Shown: piece by piece, positions 5,118 through 13,210 of the stretch
Numbering within the stretch: position 1 is the stretch's first letter
Layout: every line of letters starts with the position of its first letter
Virus record (IMG/VR): IMGVR_UViG_638341084_000025
Length of the DNA: 24,021 nucleotides
From: a virus
Taxonomy: Duplodnaviria; Heunggongvirae; Uroviricota; Caudoviricetes
Direction: 5' to 3' (one strand)
Program-made: the position numbers and the translations under genes
The notes under the pieces: model-generated
What the model was told of the DNA's origin: nothing
Databases searched by the model: none
The model's input: only the letters and a program-made list of their open reading frames with translations

Positions 5118-7940
5118 ATGACGGCAGAGTATATCAGGGACTGGCAACAACCGCGCCACGCAGTGGGGCGTGAAGGAACGGAGATCCCCGCTCCTGAATC
5201 CGCGCTTTCCTCCTGGCTGGATGCCTACCGGGTAGAGAACGAACGCCGCCAGGAAATGGCTGATGCGGCGTTCTCCGCCACGCCGCTGGGCAACCTGATT
5301 AATAAAAGCCTGGACGCACAGGAAAAACAGGACAAAACCATCACACTGGCAGGAGACGCCAGAAAACAGGCACGTGGCGCGGTGGATGAAGCCATGGCCT
5401 CACTGCGCCTGCTGCCGTCCTATCTGCGCGATCCGCTTATTCGCCACCTCTCCTTCCTGCGCAAAAAACAGGAAGCCGATCGCCGGAAAGGCAAAAAGAG
5501 CTGGCAGGCTGAACGCTACGCGTGCGGAACCCTGCGCAAAATATTCGAACGTCTGGACCGCACCGACCACCGCTGGCTGACACCGGGTTATCGCTCCCTT
5601 GCCGGACGCGAACGCCTGGATGATTTGCTTTACCTGCCGCAGCTCAACAAACACCAGATACAGACGCTGGCCACCATGACGGCGGCGATGTTCAGCAGCA
5701 CCTTCGAAAAACTCTGCGATGGCTTTGGCGCGACTGATGGCGAGCTGACCATGGATGTAACGCTGAAGGCTTATCAGATGCTGGCCCGCATGGCGTTACA
5801 CCTGCACGCCATGCCTCCACATTATGACGCACTGACAACAGACAAAGACCGGAGGAACGAACCGGACACGGAGCTGCTGCCGGGCGCAATCCTTCGCCTG
5901 ACCTGTGCGGAATGGTGGAAACGCAAACTGTGGCTGTTACGTTGTGAGTGGCGGGAAGAACAACTCCGCGCCGCCTGTCTGGTTTCCAGAAAAACATCCC
6001 CCTATCTGAGCCAGGACGCGTTAAGCGAGTTTCGCGCACAGCGCGAGAAAACGCGCGATTTCCTGAAAAGTTTCATGCTGGAAAATGAAGACGGGTTCAC
6101 GATTGATCTCGAGACGGTGTATTACGCGGGAGTAAGTAACCCGGTTCACCGTAAGGCAGAAATGATGGCCACCATGAAGGGACTGGAACTTCTGGCCGAA
6201 GCCCGTGGCGACAGAGCGGTGTTTCTGACCGTCACCTGCCCGTCAAAATACCACGCAACAACGGAGAACGGTCATCCGAACCCCAAATGGAACGGGGCCA
6301 CCATGCGCGACTCCAGCGATTACCTGGTTAACACGTTTTTTGCGGCGGTCCGCAAAAAACTGAACCGCGACGGCCTGCGCTGGTATGGCATCCGCACGGT
6401 GGAGCCTCACCATGACGGCACTGTGCACTGGCATATGATGGTCTTTGCACATCCGGACGAGATTGAAACCATCGTGTCCCACGTCTGCGATATTGCCATT
6501 CAGGAGGACCGCCACGAGCTGGGCGATGACATAACTCCGCGTTTTAAGGCGGAGTATGTCGACGGCTCAAAAGGCACACCAACCAGCTACATCGCCACCT
6601 ACATCGGAAAGAACCTGGACAGCCGCGCCGTGGATGGCATCGACCCGAAAACGGGCAAGCCACGCGTTGACCACGAAACAGGTAAATCAATGGCCGAGAG
6701 CGTGGAGCGCGCCATCGGCTGGGCGCGCCTTCACCGGGTCCGTCAGTTCCAGTTCTTTGGCATCCCCTCCCGTCAGGTGTGGCGTGAACTGCGCCGCCTT
6801 GCCAGCCAGATGGCACGCAATCCGGAAGGCCCGCAACGGCTGAAAGATGATGCAATGGATGCGGTACTCGCTGCCGCCGATGCCGGGTGTTTTGCCACCT
6901 ACATTGAAAAACAGGGTGGCGTGCTTGTTCCACGCAAGGACTACCTGATTCGCACCGCCTACGACCTCGCAGATGAGCTGAACGATTACGGCGAACAGAG
7001 CGTACAGATTTACGGGATCTGGTCACCACTCATCGGGGAATCCTCCCGTGTGTGCACGCATCCGGATAACTGGAAGCTGGTAAGACGTAAACCAGAACCG
7101 GAAGACAACGCCCACGAAAATGGTTTTGACCTTCAGGGCGGCCCTGCCGCCCCTTGGACTCGTGGCAATAACTGTCCCCGTGTACAGGAAACAGGCAACA
7201 ACGGGACAGAACAGCCGGAAGAACGGCCAGCACCGTGGCCGCAGCTTCCTGACGGCGTTGAAGTAAATGAATGGATGCGCTCACTGAAACGGCACGAACG
7301 CCGGGCGCTGATGCGTTCGCTTCGTGACAAACAGGCAAAAAACAGCAGCGATGAAATGCAGAACTGGACACAGAGCCGCAAACAGCAGCGGCCTTTGCCT
7401 GATAACCACGAGTTACTCGCTAAAGAATGGCGGGAGTCTGCTGAATCTCTCGGCCTGCATATCGGTGAACAACAGATGCAGCACCTGTTACGGGGCGGCA
7501 GTCTGTACGTTGACGGCAGCATCATTGCACCGCAGGGATTTGAAATTGTACGCAAACCGGATACCCGCCCGGACAGCCGAATCACGCAGCTCTGGCAGCG
7601 TCTGAGCCGTAATCATGGCGTAAGCAGCACGGAGATCCGCCATAACCCGGTCGCCAGCTATCTGGCACAGCTGGGGGCATCAGACCCTGAAGCCGCCGCA
7701 CGCCTGGCATCCACACTTCAGCAGGACCAGAACACCATGAAAACACCCGTTACCGTGCTTTCTGACATGCTGCGCGCCATCCGCGACGCAGAGCACGCAC
7801 AGAGAATCAGTGAAACCACTGAACGCGCCAGCCGCAAAGCAGACCTGCTGCGGGGTGGCCTGACCAGTGGAAACAAAAAACAGACAGAAACGGGACTCAC
7901 GAATCCCGTAAATGAGCAAAAAACGCGCAGCGATATATGA
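5118..7940 (+). CDS. A: Replication initiation endonuclease, P2 gpA family (HUH rolling-circle initiator)
   Basis: 940 aa; HUH-type motif VHWHMMVF and paired active-site tyrosines YIATYIGK as in P2 A; position after the early genes. The C-terminal ~300 aa is low-complexity and appears to extend beyond P2 A (761 aa from memory). Confidence 0.85.
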   Translation: MTAEYIRDWQQPRHAVGREGTEIPAPESALSSWLDAYRVENERRQEMADAAFSATPLGNLINKSLDAQEKQDKTITLAGDARKQARGAVDEAMASLRLLPSYLRDPLIRHLSFLRKKQEADRRKGKKSWQAERYACGTLRKIFERLDRTDHRWLTPGYRSLAGRERLDDLLYLPQLNKHQIQTLATMTAAMFSSTFEKLCDGFGATDGELTMDVTLKAYQMLARMALHLHAMPPHYDALTTDKDRRNEPDTELLPGAILRLTCAEWWKRKLWLLRCEWREEQLRAACLVSRKTSPYLSQDALSEFRAQREKTRDFLKSFMLENEDGFTIDLETVYYAGVSNPVHRKAEMMATMKGLELLAEARGDRAVFLTVTCPSKYHATTENGHPNPKWNGATMRDSSDYLVNTFFAAVRKKLNRDGLRWYGIRTVEPHHDGTVHWHMMVFAHPDEIETIVSHVCDIAIQEDRHELGDDITPRFKAEYVDGSKGTPTSYIATYIGKNLDSRAVDGIDPKTGKPRVDHETGKSMAESVERAIGWARLHRVRQFQFFGIPSRQVWRELRRLASQMARNPEGPQRLKDDAMDAVLAAADAGCFATYIEKQGGVLVPRKDYLIRTAYDLADELNDYGEQSVQIYGIWSPLIGESSRVCTHPDNWKLVRRKPEPEDNAHENGFDLQGGPAAPWTRGNNCPRVQETGNNGTEQPEERPAPWPQLPDGVEVNEWMRSLKRHERRALMRSLRDKQAKNSSDEMQNWTQSRKQQRPLPDNHELLAKEWRESAESLGLHIGEQQMQHLLRGGSLYVDGSIIAPQGFEIVRKPDTRPDSRITQLWQRLSRNHGVSSTEIRHNPVASYLAQLGASDPEAAARLASTLQQDQNTMKTPVTVLSDMLRAIRDAEHAQRISETTERASRKADLLRGGLTSGNKKQTETGLTNPVNEQKTRSDI

Positions 7941-7982
7941 AGCGCGCACAAAACAGGCAAAAACGGGATTTCAGAATCCCGT
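7890..7982. promoter_or_regulatory. Two near-identical palindromes, candidate parC centromere/operator
   Basis: ACGGGACTCACGAATCCCGT (7890-7909, inside the A 3' end) and ACGGGATTTCAGAATCCCGT (7963-7982), centres ~73 bp apart, just upstream of the parM RBS AAGGAAAA. Confidence 0.35.
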
Positions 7983-8016
7983 AAACGATTAATTAATCAA
8001 CATAAGGAAAACCGAC

Positions 8017-8976
8017 ATGAAAATTTACATCGACGACGGCTCCACCAACATCAAGCTGGCATGGACTGAGAACGGCGAACGCCGCAACGCCATCAGCCCG
8101 AACAGCTTCAAGTCGGAATGGTCTGCGCCGTTCGGTGGCTCGCAGCCTGCTAACTACATGCTTGATGGCGTGCGCTATGGTTTTGATCCGGTCAGCGATC
8201 GCTTTGTCCAGACGACCGACACGCAATACCAGTACAGCGATGTGAATGTCATTGCCATTCATCACGCGCTGGTCAAATCAGACATCACGCCACAGGAAGT
8301 GGATGTGGTTGTTACCCTGCCACTGAGCGAATATTTCGACACAAACGCACAGCCGGACATGGCCAACATCAACCGCAAAAAAGCGAACGTCATGCGCCCG
8401 GTGGAGTACCAGAACGGCGAAGCATTCACTATCCGTAACGTACGGGTTATGCCTGAATCCATTCCGGCTGGCTTTAAAGCACTGGCTGACATGAGTCCGT
8501 TTGAATCCCTGCTGATTGTGGATTTGGGCGGAACCACGCTGGATGTGGCAAAGGTTCAGGGGCAACTGGCAGGTATCAGCCAGGTGTTTTGCGATCCACA
8601 CGTAGGCGTTTCTCTTATGGCCGATGCCGTACTGTCGGTGATGGCCACTAACGGTATGCGCACCAGTCACCACATCGCCAATACCATTATCGAACATCGC
8701 CATAATGAAGCCTGGCTGCGCCAGCACATCCACAATGACGCGCATTACGCCAGCCTGATGGCGGTTATTCGTGAAAAGGAAGAAACACTGAAACAACGCG
8801 TGATCCGCGCGCTGGCGGTTTTTTCGGGTTACGGGCGGGTGATGGTTGTCGGTGGCGGGGCGGAGATTGTGGCACCCGCTATCCGCGAAGCCTGCGGAGT
8901 TAATGCGACTTTCATCGCGGACGGGGTGCCACANTTTGCTCTGGTTAATGGGCTGTACGCAATGGACAAGGAGTAA
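8017..8976 (+). CDS. parM: Actin-like segregation ATPase ParM/StbA
   Basis: 319 aa; MKIYIDDGSTNIKLAW, YSDVNVIAIHHAL, VMPESIPAG, LIVDLGGTTLD and VMVVGGGAEI closely follow the remembered plasmid R1 ParM sequence. One N at 8934. Confidence 0.85.
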   Translation: MKIYIDDGSTNIKLAWTENGERRNAISPNSFKSEWSAPFGGSQPANYMLDGVRYGFDPVSDRFVQTTDTQYQYSDVNVIAIHHALVKSDITPQEVDVVVTLPLSEYFDTNAQPDMANINRKKANVMRPVEYQNGEAFTIRNVRVMPESIPAGFKALADMSPFESLLIVDLGGTTLDVAKVQGQLAGISQVFCDPHVGVSLMADAVLSVMATNGMRTSHHIANTIIEHRHNEAWLRQHIHNDAHYASLMAVIREKEETLKQRVIRALAVFSGYGRVMVVGGGAEIVAPAIREACGVNATFIADGVPXFALVNGLYAMDKE

Positions 8977-8980
8977 ACCA

Positions 8981-9292
8981 ATGACGACACCAACCAGACG
9001 GATAAGTTTCTATCTGAAGCCCGCCGCCGTCAAGAACGAAGGAGAAGCATGCGCCTGGCTGGACAGCCTTACACCAGAAGCCCGCAAAAGCGGCCAACGC
9101 GTGGCTTTTCTGGCCGGGCTGGCACTTCTGAAGACGAATCCGGCAGAGGCTTACCGACTGGCCGCATGGGCTGATGATGAGATGTTACCTGTGACACAAA
9201 TCAGCTCAAAAAAGTTTGAAGCACAGTCTGCACCAGTGGCTAAGATAACCAGCCAGATGGCTGGGAATATCCGGGCGTTATTTCCTGAGTAA
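8981..9292 (+). CDS. parR: ParR-like centromere-binding adaptor (putative)
   Basis: 103 aa immediately after parM (stop 8976, ATG 8981, RBS AAGGAG); N-terminal RISFYLKP...ACAWLDSL and FLAGLALL loosely resemble R1 ParR (RHH fold). Assigned mainly by position and size. Confidence 0.45.
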   Translation: MTTPTRRISFYLKPAAVKNEGEACAWLDSLTPEARKSGQRVAFLAGLALLKTNPAEAYRLAAWADDEMLPVTQISSKKFEAQSAPVAKITSQMAGNIRALFPE

Positions 9293-9412
9293 AAGCATCT
9301 GCGCGAAAAATGCTCACGTTTATAGAGACAGTATCATTCCATTTGGCACACTTACTTCAATAATCGATCTGTTAAACAAATAGATTGTCTATTATCTATC
9401 GATTAAAACGAT

Positions 9413-9477
9413 CAATTATCTTGACAGTAATGTGCCTTTTTGTAAGATCGTTCGCATTGTGAGCGACAAGATAATTG
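9413..9477 (+). promoter_or_regulatory. Candidate promoter (TTGACA-16 nt-TAAGAT) bracketed by a perfect 11-bp inverted repeat
   Basis: -35 TTGACA 9421-9426, -10 TAAGAT 9443-9448; CAATTATCTTG (9413-9423) and its reverse complement CAAGATAATTG (9467-9477) flank the core, as an operator would. Confidence 0.35.
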
Positions 9478-9498
9478 CGCGGCATTGTCCATGCAAAA

Positions 9499-9526
9499 CG
9501 CCCCAATAGCAGCAACTATTGGGGCG
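9499..9526 (-). terminator. Perfect 11-bp-stem hairpin; terminator-like on the minus strand
   Basis: CGCCCCAATAG (9499-9509) / CTATTGGGGCG (9516-9526), loop CAGCAA; on the minus strand it is followed by TTTT (rc of 9495-9498); no U-tract on the plus strand. Confidence 0.4.
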
Positions 9527-9554
9527 TAAAACTCGGTCGGACTCACTTAACCTG

Positions 9555-9635
9555 ATATGCGTGCCTTCCGAAGTAAATCAAAATGTGCGTCGTATATTTT
9601 ATTGCTTACACGCACCTCTGTAAAGGCACGCATAT
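9555..9635. repeat. 13-bp perfect inverted repeat enclosing an inner hairpin
   Basis: ATATGCGTGCCTT (9555-9567) and AAGGCACGCATAT (9623-9635), 55 bp apart; inner stem GTGCGT(9585-9590)/ACGCAC(9610-9615); followed on the plus strand by TTTTT, then GAGG and the GTG start of the next ORF. Confidence 0.5.
9596..9624 (-). promoter_or_regulatory. Candidate minus-strand promoter (TTTACA-17 nt-TAAAAT), convergent with the plus-strand promoter
   Basis: rc of 9619-9624 = TTTACA, 17-nt spacer, rc of 9596-9601 = TAAAAT; it would drive a ~100-nt transcript antisense to the ORF89 leader, ending at the 9499-9526 hairpin. Confidence 0.35.
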
Positions 9636-9656
9636 TTTTCCTATGAGGTAAATAAA

Positions 9657-9926
9657 GTGCGGGCTAAAACAGGTATTTGCAAGAACCCTCATCGTTATAA
9701 TCCAACATTTCTGTCTCTCCCTGAATATCAAGGACAAGAAGGTCGGCACAAATGCGCTGCCTGTGCTTTTGAGCTAGGCATAAAAGATGCGCTTGAAGGA
9801 CGCGCTATGGCTCAGAATGATTTAGTTTTAGCTAACATTCCGTTTAGCCAGGCTGGAACTGTAAGGCACAGAGATGCCTATGAAGCATATGTTCGTGGTT
9901 GGCGATTAATAAACAGCAACAATTGA
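9657..9926 (+). CDS. Small Cys/His protein (89 aa), possible zinc-binding; unknown function
   Basis: GTG start with GAGG 9 nt upstream; Cys8, His12, His32, Cys34, Cys37 arrangement; followed by a clean terminator. Last gene before cos (P2 has orf91/tin/old in this position). Confidence 0.5.
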   Translation: MRAKTGICKNPHRYNPTFLSLPEYQGQEGRHKCAACAFELGIKDALEGRAMAQNDLVLANIPFSQAGTVRHRDAYEAYVRGWRLINSNN

Positions 9927-9934
9927 TACTTTTG

Positions 9935-9958
9935 AAGCGCCGATAAGGCGCTTTTTTT
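9935..9958 (+). terminator. Rho-independent terminator
   Basis: Stem AAGCGCC(9935-9941)/GGCGCTT(9947-9953), loop GATAA, then a T-run to 9958. Confidence 0.6.
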
Positions 9959-10084
9959 GTTTGCACGATAGTGCACAAGTTTGCACAATTTTTTTGAACG
10001 ACTTTTTGTACTTCCGGCCCGCGTGGTGGCTGGATCCGTCAAGGATCCGTACGTGCACAAAAAAACGCGTTTTTTCTGCGCGCA

Positions 10085-10103
10085 GGTGACGGGGGAACAG
10101 CCC
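10085..10103. other. Candidate cos cohesive-end site
   Basis: GGTGACGGGGGAACAGCCC matches about 13 of 19 positions of the P2 cohesive end as remembered (GGCGAGGCGGGGAAAGCAC); it lies between the accessory island and Q, as in P2; a cluster of N bases at 10127-10151 is consistent with read ends or assembly trouble at cos. Confidence 0.3.
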
Positions 10104-10362
10104 GCGTTTCAGGGGGTAAATAGCATNCCCTGAACGATGTCGCAGNGANANAACAGAATGGCTGTATTTCTCACGCTGAGCGTGAAAAAGACGTGAGGGC
10201 TTTTGATTTGATGGGGTGAAAGGTAAGGCCGTCAAAATCGCACTGAGACGGCGAGAACATGCAGTCAACGCGGTGGGATTGCGTAAGAGTCTGACTGTCG
10301 ATGATGGCAATCAGCAGGAAAGCGTCGTGAAATTATCTGACTGATACAGGAGCTGGAGAGTC

Positions 10363-10385
10363 GGGGCATAAATTTTTTATGCCCC
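10363..10385. terminator. Palindromic hairpin downstream of Q (possible bidirectional terminator)
   Basis: GGGGCATAAA / TTTATGCCCC perfect 10-bp stem around a T-rich centre, 28 bp beyond the Q stop. Confidence 0.4.
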
Positions 10386-10412
10386 GGCGAAGCAGCAGAC
10401 AAGCGAAGNGCG

Positions 10413-11459
10413 TCAGGATGTGGGCTGGGTGTCTAACAGTGCGTAAGGGTTAAAGCGGATCACCTCTTCGCCAAGCCAGTCATTGATGTGCTTCATGGCC
10501 TCCATGACGGGCATCAGCTCGTTAATTGCGTAAACCCGCGCGGCCTTCTCCACATCACCAAACGCACTTTTTTCGCCCGGCATCGCCCCCATCAGTTGCG
10601 GCGGAACGCGGTGCGCAGCCAGCACATCATCACGGGATGCCGCCTTAACATTCATGAACTCATCTTTTGCGGTGATCTGCTGGAACGGCAAAATTTGCAC
10701 CCCTTCTTTGCCCCCGTTGGGCGCATGAATGAGCACGTTTTTAAATGCACCACCACCACGCGCACCCTGTAACGTTTCTTTCAGGGAGTCCATGCTTTCG
10801 CGGTTTACCTGCGCTGCACCGATGTAGATGATGCACCCGGCGTGGGATCCGTTGTCGTAGTACAGTTTTCTGAACATGTCCGCCGAATGAGAAAGGCTGG
10901 CCGAGAGTAATGCGCCAAGATATTCCGGCATGCCGTAGATTTCCTGGTTAATATCCGGATTCATCAGGTGGCACACTTTGCCAGGGCGAAACTGGAACGC
11001 GTCCTTGCCATCCTGCACATACCACCATGATTCAAGATCGCTTCCGCGTCGCATGTATTTCGCCAGGGCGTGCCGTAATTTAAGCGGTTCGCCGAGCATA
11101 TTGCTCCGAAGCTCAAGGAATGCGTTACCGAACACAAACCAGTCCAGCGCCAGCGCCGAGAAATCCTGCCGGGAAAGCAGCGGGTGCGGGATGTAGCACC
11201 CGAGCAATACATTACGCTTAAAGTAAAGCGCAGACTGATGCCAGGACGTTTGCCGGGCNGCTCTTGCCAGACNGTACCAGTCCACCGGGGTTTCATACCA
11301 CCGCCCGTTATCAGCACAGTACATATTGTCCAGCAGGTCATGCCCGGTCAGGCGATAAGGACCATCAAATGTGAATGCACTGAGCGATGATTCTTTCCTG
11401 AGCGCATCAGCGAGATCAATGCGTGAACTCATGCGCACTTTTTTATTTTTTCTGCTCAT
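10413..11459 (-). CDS. Q: Portal protein (P2 gpQ)
   Basis: 348 aa minus-strand ORF; N-terminus MSRKNKKVRMSSRIDLADAL and size fit P2 Q; start codon overlaps the P stop. Contains N bases (X in translation). Confidence 0.9.
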   Translation of the reverse strand: MSRKNKKVRMSSRIDLADALRKESSLSAFTFDGPYRLTGHDLLDNMYCADNGRWYETPVDWYXLARXARQTSWHQSALYFKRNVLLGCYIPHPLLSRQDFSALALDWFVFGNAFLELRSNMLGEPLKLRHALAKYMRRGSDLESWWYVQDGKDAFQFRPGKVCHLMNPDINQEIYGMPEYLGALLSASLSHSADMFRKLYYDNGSHAGCIIYIGAAQVNRESMDSLKETLQGARGGGAFKNVLIHAPNGGKEGVQILPFQQITAKDEFMNVKAASRDDVLAAHRVPPQLMGAMPGEKSAFGDVEKAARVYAINELMPVMEAMKHINDWLGEEVIRFNPYALLDTQPTS

Positions 11460-13210
11460 CAGAACTCCATAACCGTNAAACGCTCGTTTTCNCCTTCGCC
11501 GCCAATCGGTTCGTTAATGACAGCAAGCATGGTCGCCCACGCAAGGTCGCCGTGGCTGATCCCCCTCGCGCGGTCCGTTTCGTAAGTGATAAAGCCGCCC
11601 GGTGTTTTCACCTTACGCACGGCGTTAAAGGCCGCGACCAGTTCGCGTTCGGCGCGATCGTATTCCCACCGCCCGGCACGCATTATTTGCAGCATTTTCA
11701 GTACCAGCGACCGTTTTGATGACAGCGTGAAGGTGTACGGAATAGCAGCAGGGAAAAACCGTTTCACTATCTGATAAACAGCCTCCCCGTTCCCGCCCGT
11801 CACATCAATGCCGATGTGTTCCACGTTGTAGCGACACGTGAACTCTTCAATGACTCTGGCCTGTTCTTCAAACTCCAGCCCCTGAACGCGTCGCGTCTCC
11901 ACCGTTCGAAAACGGCCACCAGGAACAGCCGGAGGAACCACCACGGACACCGCGCCGCTGTCGCCGTTGCCACTGCTGCCGTTTGCGTCATACCCAATCC
12001 ATACCGGACGATTTCCCATCGGGCGGGGAGCAAAAGGTTTCCAGTCTTTCCAGTCGTCGTATCCGTCAACGCCGCAGCCAATCAGGATATTCAGGTTAAA
12101 TGCCGATTCCCCTTCGCGGACAAACTCACACATGTAGAGATTGAGGAACTCGTCTTCGGTGTTTTCATCGCGGATTTCGTCAATATCGGTGTGTTTCCAG
12201 CCGTGATTAACCACATCTTCCAGCGTGACAATCTGCCGCCATGTCCGGTCAGGGCAGATAAGTCCGTTATGCAGCGTTTTCCAGTCCACAGAAAAACGCT
12301 GGCGTTTATGCGAGGCCTTTTTCTCGTTCCAGCGGTCGCCGTTCCAGTAGGCGTATGCCTCGTGCGTTTCGGTGGATGGCGTGGAGAAGTAGGTGCGCCG
12401 CAGTCCGCTGAGGGTTGCCATAGCGCCAGCCACCTTGCGCAGTTCAGCAAAGCGACTGACCCAGAAAAATTCATCAAAATAAAAATTGCCCGTATAGGAC
12501 TGTGCCGACGCAGCAGAAGTGCCGAGAAAATGCAGCTCTGCGCCGTTGGAGAGGATGATTTTATCGCCCCCTTTCAGCTCCACATCAACTTCAGCCGCGG
12601 CCTTCTGAATAATGCTTTTAAACTGGAACGCCTGACGACGCGACGCAGACAAAAAAATCTGGTTACGCTGGTAAGGTTGCGCCACATCGTCACGCAGCGC
12701 CATCAGCAGCGCTTCCTGTGCAAAATACCAGGTCGCCCCAATCTGTCGGGATTTCAGGATCATCCTGTTACGTATCCCGGCTTCCCTGCAAAGGGTCAGG
12801 GAGTCAAACCAGCCCCGCTGATGCCACTCCAGCCTGCTGATGATTTTTTCCCGCAGTGCGGCAATCTGTTCCGGCGTGAAATGATTTTTGAGTTTTTTCG
12901 CCCGGCCTTTCTTTCCTGTGACCGTCGCATCCGGCTGGCCATCATGCAGTTTTTTAAGCTGCCGGGTCAGCAGGTCTATTTCCTTAAAGTCACCACCTGT
13001 TTTATTCTGTTTTTCAGTAAGCTGGATGAGGCGCGCATCGATGGACTGCGTGACACGCTGCACGGGTGGCGTTTCATCCCACTGGTCGCGTTTTTTCCAC
13101 GCATAAATCGTGTTCGGGTTTATTCCCATCAGACGTGATATTTCAGCGGGCGGATAACCCTGCCAGTAAAGTTGTCGCGCACGCTGGCGCACAAAAGCGT
13201 CCTGAATCAT
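11459..13210 (-). CDS. P: Terminase large (ATPase) subunit (P2 gpP)
   Basis: 583 aa; N-terminal HTH (MGINPNTIYAWKKRDQW) and size fit P2 P; divergent from O. Confidence 0.9.
   Translation of the reverse strand: MIQDAFVRQRARQLYWQGYPPAEISRLMGINPNTIYAWKKRDQWDETPPVQRVTQSIDARLIQLTEKQNKTGGDFKEIDLLTRQLKKLHDGQPDATVTGKKGRAKKLKNHFTPEQIAALREKIISRLEWHQRGWFDSLTLCREAGIRNRMILKSRQIGATWYFAQEALLMALRDDVAQPYQRNQIFLSASRRQAFQFKSIIQKAAAEVDVELKGGDKIILSNGAELHFLGTSAASAQSYTGNFYFDEFFWVSRFAELRKVAGAMATLSGLRRTYFSTPSTETHEAYAYWNGDRWNEKKASHKRQRFSVDWKTLHNGLICPDRTWRQIVTLEDVVNHGWKHTDIDEIRDENTEDEFLNLYMCEFVREGESAFNLNILIGCGVDGYDDWKDWKPFAPRPMGNRPVWIGYDANGSSGNGDSGAVSVVVPPAVPGGRFRTVETRRVQGLEFEEQARVIEEFTCRYNVEHIGIDVTGGNGEAVYQIVKRFFPAAIPYTFTLSSKRSLVLKMLQIMRAGRWEYDRAERELVAAFNAVRKVKTPGGFITYETDRARGISHGDLAWATMLAVINEPIGGEXENERXTVMEF

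Noticed and set aside
5400-7585. Minus-strand track ORFs inside gene A (5400-5654, 5692-6039, 6243-6515, 6544-7029, 7030-7371, 7133-7585)
   Set aside because: Antisense shadow ORFs within a long GC-rich gene; Arg/Cys/Pro-rich translations, no RBS context.
9293-9660. Type III toxin-antitoxin (ToxI-like repeat RNA) or hok/sok-type locus
   Set aside because: No tandem ~36-nt direct repeats, and the adjacent protein is neither a ToxN-sized nuclease nor a small hydrophobic Hok-like peptide.
9657-9926. Identification of the 89-aa protein as the late activator Ogr
   Set aside because: The Cys pattern does not match the remembered Ogr C4 zinc finger, and the position (before cos) differs from ogr (next to int at the other genome end).
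11816-13138. 440-aa plus-strand ORF antisense to terminase P
   Set aside because: Completely contained opposite a well-supported conserved gene; composition is not protein-like.
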